Positions 33,491 to 39,849 of a DNA stretch of 39,849 nt are shown here, piece by piece. The stretch spans positions 1 through 39,849 of IMG/VR virus record IMGVR_UViG_3300027852_000090; one strand, given 5' to 3'. The position numbers were made by a program, and so were the translations under genes. How positions within the stretch are numbered: position 1 is the first letter of the stretch; every line of letters starts with the position of its first letter. This DNA is from a virus. The notes beneath the pieces are model-generated. The model ran no database searches. It had not been told where the DNA came from and saw only the letters and a program-made list of their open reading frames with translations.

Positions 33491-34678
33491 ATGTCTAAAC
33501 AAATACAAATAAAATCGTTTAATACAAGTGGTGTATTTGTTAAAAATATAACAGATGCAACATTTGAAGAAATAACAAAAGTAATTAATGGAGGTATTGG
33601 AAATCTTAGCATTAAAATAGCAAGAAAAATTGATGAATTTGATACTGACGGAGATTTAACATTGGGAAATAAAATTGAAATATGGATCTATGATGAGGAT
33701 AGTGGTAATGACGGAGTAAATATATATAAAGGATGGATAGAGCAACAGAATCCATATATTGATGGAGGAATAGAATATGTTGATATATTGTGTGCGAGTT
33801 TAATCTCTAAAATGAAAAATGATATATTAAAAAATTCAACACAAACTACATTATTTACTATTGCAACAGCAGGATTAACTACTACTTCAGCAAGTATTAC
33901 TGCTGCCGAAATAGCTGATGTAGTAAAAGCTACAATAGATTTGTTTAAAGAAAATAATAGTAATATTGATATAAATTATAATCCAGCAGGAACTGATTTA
34001 ATTGAAGATACAACAAAAGAAATGCAATATACTTTTGAGGCAATGACATACTTTGATGTAATAGAAAAATGCAGACAAATAGCTCCAGAAAATACATATT
34101 GGAAAATTACTGCAAATGGAAATATATATTTTACTATTCCGTCAAATGAAGCAGATCATGTTTTTACAATTGGAAAAAATATAAAAAAAATAGAAGCAAG
34201 TAAAAGTTTAGATAGCGTTAAAAATATTATTCTAATTTGGGATGGTCAACATTTAGGACTTTATACAAAATACGAAGATGCTACATCAGTTAGTAGTTAT
34301 GGCAGGAGAGTTAAGCAATTAATTGATAGTAATATAAAAGATCAAGACACAATGGATAATATAGGGAATGCTTTTATTGAAGAAAATAAAAATCCAAAAG
34401 TAAGAATCACTATTGAAATAATTGATAATAATGAAAATGATAAAGGATATGACATTGAAAGCATAGAAGCAGGGGATACATGCAGAATTGTAGGAATTGC
34501 TGACGACAATGATATTTTTGGAAACAATATGATAATTAAAGAAGTTATATGGAAATTAGATAAAGCAATATTAATAATTGAAACAGAAAAAGATTTTAAT
34601 ATTGATAGATATATATTAAATATTGAAAAAGATTTAATACAAGAAAAAAAATTTGGTATACCTGAAACTTATTCTTAA
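33491..34678 (+). CDS. Putative tail-associated / baseplate hub protein (Tal-like)
   Basis: Second gene after the tape measure. I prefer ATG 33491 (MSKQIQIKSF); the track start 33443 overlaps the upstream gene. Confidence 0.35.
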   Translation: MSKQIQIKSFNTSGVFVKNITDATFEEITKVINGGIGNLSIKIARKIDEFDTDGDLTLGNKIEIWIYDEDSGNDGVNIYKGWIEQQNPYIDGGIEYVDILCASLISKMKNDILKNSTQTTLFTIATAGLTTTSASITAAEIADVVKATIDLFKENNSNIDINYNPAGTDLIEDTTKEMQYTFEAMTYFDVIEKCRQIAPENTYWKITANGNIYFTIPSNEADHVFTIGKNIKKIEASKSLDSVKNIILIWDGQHLGLYTKYEDATSVSSYGRRVKQLIDSNIKDQDTMDNIGNAFIEENKNPKVRITIEIIDNNENDKGYDIESIEAGDTCRIVGIADDNDIFGNNMIIKEVIWKLDKAILIIETEKDFNIDRYILNIEKDLIQEKKFGIPETYS

Positions 34679-34690
34679 TTTTTAAATATT

Positions 34691-34882
34691 ATGGAAATTT
34701 TAAAATCAGCGTCAAAAATTATTTTATTAATGCTTAGCACTGTGTTATCCATTGCTTATTTATATTCAGTAATTACTGGAAAAGTGGCAATCGGCGATAC
34801 TTTTGATAAAGCTATAATGTTAGTATTTGGATTTTATTTTGCCTACAAAGGAAAAGAAGACAAAAATTATTTAGGAAAATAA
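34691..34882 (+). CDS. Holin candidate (63 aa, two hydrophobic helices)
   Basis: IILLMLSTVLSIAYLYSVI and AIMLVFGFYFAY with a charged C-terminus. Located after the tail genes and before the peptidase-like gene. Confidence 0.4.
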   Translation: MEILKSASKIILLMLSTVLSIAYLYSVITGKVAIGDTFDKAIMLVFGFYFAYKGKEDKNYLGK

Positions 34883-34886
34883 TCAA

Positions 34887-34988
34887 ATGAAATTTATTTT
34901 AAAAATACTTTTGTTAATTATTCGCTTATTGGCTTATTTTTCTTTAGGTTTTATATCGAGTATTTTAATTGAATATTATTTTTTATAA
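34887..34988 (+). CDS. 33-aa hydrophobic peptide ending IEYYFL (paralog of 38022..38123)
   Basis: MKFILKILLLIIRLLAYFSLGFISSILIEYYFL. The 3' end gaatattattttttataaa is repeated verbatim at 38105..38123. Confidence 0.35.
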   Translation: MKFILKILLLIIRLLAYFSLGFISSILIEYYFL

Positions 34989-34994
34989 AAATAT

Positions 34995-35942
34995 ATGCAA
35001 AATTATAATGGAATAAAAATAGGAAAACAAATAACTGATTTTACTGCAGGTGCTAATTCTCCATTGAATAATATTAATATTAATTTATCAGGTGATTGGG
35101 ATTTAAATAGACCAGAGCATGAATTACAAAATAAAGGATTTGAAACATTCGCTTGCTTATTATTCTCAGGATTTGATTGTGTGGAAACTTTATTTATGTA
35201 TTATTTAAAACATAATTTGATATCATCAAATAATGTTAGTTGGTTAGGAGAGAATGGATATTTTGATAAAGGATTTATTAATTTTAGCGATAGATTCGCC
35301 GCACAATTTGCAGAAATAGAAATAGGGAAAGGAACTTATAGTTATAAGGCAAATAATGCAATCAGAAAATATTTAATTCCTGAGAGCATGCTACCTTATA
35401 CTACAAAAAATTATTACGATAAAAATGCTATTACTGAAGAGATGATAGAAATGGCGAAAGAATTTAATAAACGATTTATAATAAATTGGCAATGGGAAGA
35501 AATTCCAACAAATGGATTAAAAAAATCTCCATTGCAAGCCATCGTTAGATATGCGACAGGAAATGAAATATTGCAACCTACAGGGAAACTTAATCATGGA
35601 ATAGAAGTTTACAAAGAAGATCAAGAAAGTTATTATATAGATGATAGCTATTTGCAAAGAGATAAAAGATATAATAAAAATTATGTTTTTTATTTTGTTA
35701 GTTATACTTTAACAATTATTAATAATAAAATTATGGACACAAAAAAATTTATAGAAAAAAATGATTTAAAATTTATCAGAAATCAAAACACAGGAGCATT
35801 CGGAAGAATATTGAATAATAAATTAAGAATAGCAGAAACTAAAGACAGGGGAGTTTTAATGTTATTAGATAAAGCACATAGAGAGAACGGAATAACAATA
35901 GCAGATAATGAATGGAAACAATTACCAGCAGATAAATTTTAA
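34995..35942 (+). CDS. Putative papain-like cysteine peptidase (endolysin candidate)
   Basis: ELQNKGFETFACLLFSGFDCVE shows Gln...Cys spacing like an oxyanion Gln plus nucleophile Cys, with a later LNHGIEVY (His). It is the last gene of the late operon, after two small membrane proteins. Confidence 0.35.
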   Translation: MQNYNGIKIGKQITDFTAGANSPLNNININLSGDWDLNRPEHELQNKGFETFACLLFSGFDCVETLFMYYLKHNLISSNNVSWLGENGYFDKGFINFSDRFAAQFAEIEIGKGTYSYKANNAIRKYLIPESMLPYTTKNYYDKNAITEEMIEMAKEFNKRFIINWQWEEIPTNGLKKSPLQAIVRYATGNEILQPTGKLNHGIEVYKEDQESYYIDDSYLQRDKRYNKNYVFYFVSYTLTIINNKIMDTKKFIEKNDLKFIRNQNTGAFGRILNNKLRIAETKDRGVLMLLDKAHRENGITIADNEWKQLPADKF

Positions 35943-35980
35943 AAGTTATCCACTGTTAACAATAAAAATAAATAAAAAAT

Positions 35981-36021
35981 AAAAAAACCGTTTAAGCTAT
36001 TTATAGCAAAAACGGTTTTTT
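35981..36021 (+). terminator. Strong intrinsic terminator closing the late operon
   Basis: AAAAAAACCGTTT (35981..35993) pairs with AAACGGTTTTTTT (36009..36021), with a 15-nt loop. The A-tract and T-tract flanks give it a bidirectional form. Confidence 0.75.
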
Positions 36022-36051
36022 TGCCAATATTAAACAAAATAAAAGCATTTA

Positions 36052-36096
36052 ATACCTTGCTAAAACACTTGACAAAATACTTGTATAGAGTATACT
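36052..36096 (+). promoter_or_regulatory. Sigma70-type promoter (TTGACA, 16-nt spacer, TATACT) embedded in three 12-13-bp direct repeats
   Basis: TTGACA at 36069..36074 and TATACT at 36091..36096. The repeats are ATACCTTGCTAAA, ACACTTGACAAA and ATACTTGTATAG. Confidence 0.6.
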
Positions 36097-36130
36097 TAGA
36101 ATATAAGATTAATAAATTAAAAACAAATTT

Positions 36131-36280
36131 ATGAAAACATTAAAACAAATTGCTAAACAAAATGACGAAAGAGGTAGGCAAGCAAAAGAGATTCTTAATG
36201 AAATGAAAGAACAAGAAATAAATGATAAAAAATTAAATAATAATTATATAGCAACTCCATGCTCATTACATTATTTGTAA
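36131..36280 (+). CDS. Small hypothetical protein (49 aa)
   Basis: First ORF after the promoter: MKTLKQIAKQNDERGRQAKEILNEMKEQE.... Below the track cutoff. Confidence 0.35.
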   Translation: MKTLKQIAKQNDERGRQAKEILNEMKEQEINDKKLNNNYIATPCSLHYL

Positions 36281-36284
36281 ATAT

Positions 36285-36482
36285 ATGATAGATGTAAAAG
36301 AATTAAAACCAAAATCAATTATTGGGAAAAAAATAAAAATTGAAATGATTAAACAAAAATTAAATGAAAAAATTATTGATCAGGATAAACATTATTTTGA
36401 AAAAGAATTATATAAATTAACTAACGAAGTAAACAACCAGCCTAGACTTTTAAATCCAAGACTTAGCTGGACACATAATTAA
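36285..36482 (+). CDS. Hypothetical protein (65 aa)
   Basis: ORF only. Confidence 0.4.
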   Translation: MIDVKELKPKSIIGKKIKIEMIKQKLNEKIIDQDKHYFEKELYKLTNEVNNQPRLLNPRLSWTHN

Positions 36483-36483
36483 T

Positions 36484-36654
36484 ATGGCAAAAACAAGTGA
36501 AATAATATCAAAACTTCAAGAATTAGTAGATAAAAACGGAGATCAAGAGATTACTATATATAAATCATTTGACAAGACTACTACAAAAATTAAAGTTGAA
36601 GAAATTTTTTTTGACGATAACTTAAAAGATATTTATATAGCAATTTATAATTAA
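36484..36654 (+). CDS. Small hypothetical protein (56 aa)
   Basis: MAKTSEIISKLQELVDKNGDQEITIYKSF...; starts 1 nt after the upstream stop in aatATG context. Confidence 0.35.
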   Translation: MAKTSEIISKLQELVDKNGDQEITIYKSFDKTTTKIKVEEIFFDDNLKDIYIAIYN

Positions 36655-36660
36655 AAAAAT

Positions 36661-36783
36661 ATGAACAAATACAAAATAAGTTGGAAACAACACAAAATTA
36701 ATAATTTAAAAATAATCTTTATTTATTTGGCTGGCGGTATTATACCGAATGCTTGTCAGATGCAATATAAAGATTATTACTAA
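36661..36783 (+). CDS. Small hypothetical protein (40 aa)
   Basis: MNKYKISWKQHKINNLKIIFIYLAGGIIPNACQMQYKDYY in aaatATG context. Confidence 0.25.
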   Translation: MNKYKISWKQHKINNLKIIFIYLAGGIIPNACQMQYKDYY

Positions 36784-36859
36784 TTGTTGATATAAGAGAA
36801 AGTAGGAGTGTATTGGTTTATACTGATTATCTCCTACAATTCTCTATTAAAATAAAATT

Positions 36860-37360
36860 ATGATAAAAGATATACCAAATTTCAAAAATACAAAAATAGA
36901 TTGGGGAAGAAGTCAATCTGATATTATTAAATTACTTGAAAAAAGAGGGATAGTAGAAACTCGTTTTACTAATATATCATATGAAACAGCAATTAAAGCA
37001 GGTATGAAAATGATGGAAAATACATCAGCTATTATGCTTGAATTTATGAAACCAATAACACAACAAGATGGAACGAATGGAATATTGCCAATTAAAATGA
37101 TTATTCCGAATATTCCAATAGATGAAAAATTAAGACGACAAGCATACCGAATATTTTGGCATTATCTAAAAAATAAATTCATTGGTATTGATAGTGGATT
37201 AATTGAATTTGAGCAAGAATTTATGCCACATATTGCAATAGGTAAAGGAGATGCTACTGGAACAATGTGGAATGTTTTTGAGAAGAAAATGTTACCTAAA
37301 ATTATATCAGGTGAAAGTTCAAATATAAACTTATTAGAACCACCTAAAAATAATAATTAA
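36860..37360 (+). CDS. Hypothetical protein (166 aa)
   Basis: ORF preceded by the hairpin GTAGGAG (36802..36808) / CTCCTAC (36831..36837); no motif recognised. Confidence 0.55.
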   Translation: MIKDIPNFKNTKIDWGRSQSDIIKLLEKRGIVETRFTNISYETAIKAGMKMMENTSAIMLEFMKPITQQDGTNGILPIKMIIPNIPIDEKLRRQAYRIFWHYLKNKFIGIDSGLIEFEQEFMPHIAIGKGDATGTMWNVFEKKMLPKIISGESSNINLLEPPKNNN

Positions 37361-37368
37361 ATAAATAT

Positions 37369-38013
37369 ATGAAAATACCAAAAATTATTCATCAAATTTG
37401 GGTAGGAGATGAGGACAAAAAACCTTCTAAATTAATGCGAGGATGGAAAGAAAAACATCCTGATTATACATTTTTTGAATGGAACAATAAAACTGTAGCA
37501 GAATATGATTTTATATTAAGAGATCAGATTAATCAAATGTTTAATATAGGGAGATATCACGGAGTGGCTGATCTAGTTAGATATGAAGTATTATATAATT
37601 ATGGAGGATTTGTAGCACCAGCAGATTCAGAATGTTTAAATGCCATAGATGATTTATTGGATTTAGGTTTTTTTGCTTGCTATGAAAATGAGGAATATAC
37701 TAAAGATTTGGTATCACCGCATATAGGAACTTATCCTAAAAATCCATTTATAGGAAAAATAATTGATGAATTAATATTAAAAGGAAATGTATTAACTAAA
37801 GAACCATGGCGCGAAACTGGTAATTTATTTTTAACAGAGATGCTAAAAAAACATAAAAATACAGAAATTATGATATTGCCAAGTTATACTTTTATCCCGG
37901 AACATCGGACAGGAATAATTTATACAGGAAATGGAAAAGTATATGCTAAACATTATTGGGGAACTACTAAAAATATATATAATAAATTAAGTGAAGATAA
38001 TAAAATAATATAA
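37369..38013 (+). CDS. Glycosyltransferase with DXD-type sugar-binding region (GT32 / Gly_transf_sug-like)
   Basis: IPKIIHQIWVGDEDKKPS...W...HPDYTFFEW...ADLVRYEVLYNYGGFVAPADSE follows the Och1/TcdA-like GT32 N-terminal signature. Confidence 0.7.
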   Translation: MKIPKIIHQIWVGDEDKKPSKLMRGWKEKHPDYTFFEWNNKTVAEYDFILRDQINQMFNIGRYHGVADLVRYEVLYNYGGFVAPADSECLNAIDDLLDLGFFACYENEEYTKDLVSPHIGTYPKNPFIGKIIDELILKGNVLTKEPWRETGNLFLTEMLKKHKNTEIMILPSYTFIPEHRTGIIYTGNGKVYAKHYWGTTKNIYNKLSEDNKII

Positions 38014-38021
38014 AAAATAAT

Positions 38022-38123
38022 ATGATTATAATAAGCACAATTTTATTAATTATTTCAACTATTTTATTAATTATTTCAATTTTAATGTTAATTTATACTT
38101 ATATAGAATATTATTTTTTATAA
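38022..38123 (+). CDS. 33-aa hydrophobic peptide ending IEYYFL (paralog of 34887..34988)
   Basis: MIIISTILLIISTILLIISILMLIYTYIEYYFL. Contains an internal 21-bp duplication (STILLII x2). Confidence 0.3.
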   Translation: MIIISTILLIISTILLIISILMLIYTYIEYYFL

Positions 38124-38135
38124 ATATATATAAAA

Positions 38136-38441
38136 ATGAAAGATACAATAAAAAATTTAGATAAGATTAAAATTAAAAGCAAGGTTGTTACAGCTGAACA
38201 ATTTTTGAGAGTATTAAATAAGTTTAATTCTCCAAAACCAAACATTAAAGATATAAAAAAATTAAAGAGAGGAACTTTTTTGGCCAGAATAATAAATCCC
38301 GAAAAATCAACAATTACTGATTATTTTTTTACTGATATATATATAAGAAGTTTTAATTTTCCATATAGCTGTAATCATAATATAAAAAAAGGCAAAGAAT
38401 TATTAATTAGTAATATGCCATTACCTCCAGTAAAATTTTAA
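38136..38441 (+). CDS. Hypothetical protein (101 aa)
   Basis: ORF only. Confidence 0.5.
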   Translation: MKDTIKNLDKIKIKSKVVTAEQFLRVLNKFNSPKPNIKDIKKLKRGTFLARIINPEKSTITDYFFTDIYIRSFNFPYSCNHNIKKGKELLISNMPLPPVKF

Positions 38442-38457
38442 AATTAAATATAAATAT

Positions 38458-39021
38458 ATGAAAAAAGATATTCACCAAGAGCGATATATTGGACATCAAA
38501 ATAAAAAGAAAAAACAATTAATTGAAATATTAGAGAATAGAGTAAGTCAAAGAATTTTTAATAATGAGCCAATAACAGAGCAGGAAATTAAAAAAATAAC
38601 TCATTATATGGCACAAGTTCCTAACTCTTGTAGCAGGCAAGCAATTTACTCTACCATAATTGATGATCGAGTAAGCAAAGAATTATTAGGAGGAATACTT
38701 GTTGGAGGAGTAGGTTGGATACATAGATCTGATAAAATTATATTATTATTTGCTAATAATTTAGCTTATAAATCTGAAAATGAAATAACTTTTATGCCAT
38801 ATCTTGATGCTGGTGCGGTATTAATGGCTGGTTATTTAATATGCGAGGAAATGAATATAGGTGTATGTTTTGTAAATCCAAATATTCGAAAAGAATTTAA
38901 AAAATATTTTATAGAAAATTTTAATAAAGGAGAGTTGATATTCTGTGGAGCATTAGCGATTGGGAAATATGATAAAAAAGCAAAAAAAACAATTAAAAAA
39001 AATAATATATTAATTCAATAA
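38458..39021 (+). CDS. Nitroreductase-family protein
   Basis: LENRVSQRIFNNEPITEQEIKKITHYMAQVPNSCSRQAIY fits the nitroreductase N-terminal pattern (R-x-S-x-R-x-F...i..e.l..il.....aPS..n.Q). 187 aa. Confidence 0.6.
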   Translation: MKKDIHQERYIGHQNKKKKQLIEILENRVSQRIFNNEPITEQEIKKITHYMAQVPNSCSRQAIYSTIIDDRVSKELLGGILVGGVGWIHRSDKIILLFANNLAYKSENEITFMPYLDAGAVLMAGYLICEEMNIGVCFVNPNIRKEFKKYFIENFNKGELIFCGALAIGKYDKKAKKTIKKNNILIQ

Positions 39022-39025
39022 CAAT

Positions 39026-39262
39026 ATGAATAAAACACATTTGCCAATAACAAAAAAAGAAGAAGAAATTTTGTCTTATATTTATGGATATATTGACGAC
39101 AATAAATATTCTCCAACAAGACAGGAAATTGCTGATTATATTAATAACACCAACAAAACAAAAATAACACCTCAAGGAGTTAATTATTTTGTTAATCAAT
39201 TAGTAGCCAAAAATAAAATAAAATTAATACAAAAAAAGACAAGAAATCTTAAAATAGTATAG
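39026..39262 (+). CDS. Winged-helix DNA-binding protein resembling the LexA N-terminal DNA-binding domain (no protease domain)
   Basis: LPITKKEEEILSYIYGYIDDNKYSPTRQEIADYINN..KITPQGVNYFVNQLVAKNKI follows the LexA-DBD pattern (LT.rq.eil.fi....g.pPt.rEia......s...v..hl..L..kG.i). Confidence 0.55.
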   Translation: MNKTHLPITKKEEEILSYIYGYIDDNKYSPTRQEIADYINNTNKTKITPQGVNYFVNQLVAKNKIKLIQKKTRNLKIV

Positions 39263-39270
39263 TTTTAAAA

Positions 39271-39303
39271 ATACTTGCTAAAATACTTGTTATATGATAA
39301 AAT
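39271..39303 (+). promoter_or_regulatory. Sigma70-type promoter (TTGCTA, 17-nt spacer, extended -10 TGaTAAAAT) overlapping two 12-bp direct repeats
   Basis: TTGCTA at 39275..39280, TG at 39295..39296, TAAAAT at 39298..39303. The repeats are ATACTTGCTAAA and ATACTTGTTATA, closely matching those at 36052..36088. Confidence 0.55.
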
Positions 39304-39341
39304 AATAATAATAATAATAATTTAACTAACTGTGGAAAACT

Positions 39342-39849
39342 ATGTTAAAAACAAAAAAAGCTGTCAAGAAAAAGACAGCTACAACAAAAAAATCAATTGG
39401 GAAAAAGAAAAAAAGGTCGATTAAAAAAAATAATAATTTAATGCTCGTTCATAATCCAACGAACAAAGATCAAGAATTTTTTGTCGCTAGTGAATTAGCT
39501 GATGATGCCGCAATAGAGGCGGAATTATTAGGGCAAGCAATGGAACATTATATCTACCAATTTTCTAGTAAAGGAAATATTGTAACAGGATTGAGTGTAG
39601 CTGGAGTTAATGAAATATCTCGCAAAATGACAAAAAATCCTAAATCAGGAACTAAAATAAGAATTATACCTGAAAGTGTTAAAGTAGAAAGAGATATTGT
39701 TATGAACGAACAAAAAGGAATGCAAGTAACAGTAATTGCCGAAAATATGGTAACTGGAGAAACTGGGATTGGAATTAAATTTGAAACATACGAAAATATT
39801 GGGAGGAAAGGAAAATATCCAAACACTTTTGTTGTCGAGAAAGCATTAA
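39342..39849 (+). CDS. N-terminal part of the junction-spanning ORF (continues at 1..504); putative SSAP-like recombinase
   Basis: ATG 39342 opens a frame with no stop to the window end (MLKTKKAVKKKTATTKKSIGKKKKRS...). The ORF track missed it because it is open-ended. The minus-strand ORF 39554..39826 is its shadow. Confidence 0.6.
   Translation, partial: MLKTKKAVKKKTATTKKSIGKKKKRSIKKNNNLMLVHNPTNKDQEFFVASELADDAAIEAELLGQAMEHYIYQFSSKGNIVTGLSVAGVNEISRKMTKNPKSGTKIRIIPESVKVERDIVMNEQKGMQVTVIAENMVTGETGIGIKFETYENIGRKGKYPNTFVVEKAL
39723..39849. repeat. Terminal direct repeat, copy 2 (identical to 1..127)
   Basis: See copy 1. Confidence 0.95.

Noticed and set aside
39299-39320. (AAT)n microsatellite after the promoter at 39275
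   Set aside because: It is a short low-complexity run in an AT-rich genome. It is noted only as a possible slippage-prone spacer near the transcription start, with no evidence of function.
598-39826. All minus-strand ORFs in the track (for example 598..804, 4194..4502, 6708..6935, 15367..15801, 16663..16965, 18016..18447, 20734..21234, 26479..26937, 29528..29983, 30586..31011, 31339..31824, 39554..39826)
   Set aside because: Each lies entirely inside a longer, motif-supported plus-strand gene. They have low-complexity Ser/Leu/Phe/Ile-rich translations typical of antisense shadows of K/E/N-rich AT-rich genes. None has its own promoter or intergenic space.
1-39849. Alternative genetic code (TGA or TAG reassignment), suggested by the low GC and SD-less starts
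   Set aside because: TGA clearly acts as a stop at several ATGA gene junctions (7011..7014, 12779..12782, 18815..18818, 28299..28302). TAG ends 3628..4665 and 30038..30340. Motif-bearing genes are intact under the standard code.
1-39849. Lysogeny module (integrase, CI/Cro pair, attP) or other mobile element
   Set aside because: No tyrosine or serine recombinase, transposase motif or divergent repressor pair was seen in any frame. The ParB-like domain is fused to a methyltransferase and has no partition partner. This remains an absence-of-evidence judgement without profile searches.

Overview
The window appears to be one complete tailed dsDNA phage genome. It is very AT-rich, and every credible gene is on the + strand. 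The first 127 nt (1..127) are identical to the last 127 nt (39723..39849), so the unique unit is 39,722 bp, either circular or terminally redundant. One ORF (39342..39849 joined to 1..504) crosses that junction.

Proposed layout:
- An early promoter near 36069 drives small ORFs, a GT32-like glycosyltransferase, a nitroreductase-like gene and a LexA-DBD-like regulator.
- A second promoter near 39275 drives a recombination module: an SSAP-like protein, a PD-(D/E)XK nuclease and a small HNH protein.
- A third promoter near 3438 is followed by a structured leader and terminator. Behind it lie a replisome organizer with an embedded HNH domain and iteron-like repeats.
- Next comes an island of three glycosyltransferases, two DNA methyltransferases and a secreted protein.
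- This is followed by an initiator-like tRNA-Met and a RusA-like resolvase.
- The packaging and virion module follows: small and large terminase, a Mu-like portal fused to a MuF domain, a Mu gpI-like protease/scaffold and the major capsid protein.
- The module continues with a 1049-aa highly repetitive protein, connector proteins, a tail tube, a chaperone with a -1 frameshift, the tape measure, and Dit/Tal-like proteins.
- A lysis-like cassette ends at a strong terminator (35981..36021).

No integrase, CRISPR array, rRNA or transposase was seen. All family names come from motifs I read in the translations. No homology search was run, so functional calls are hypotheses graded by confidence.
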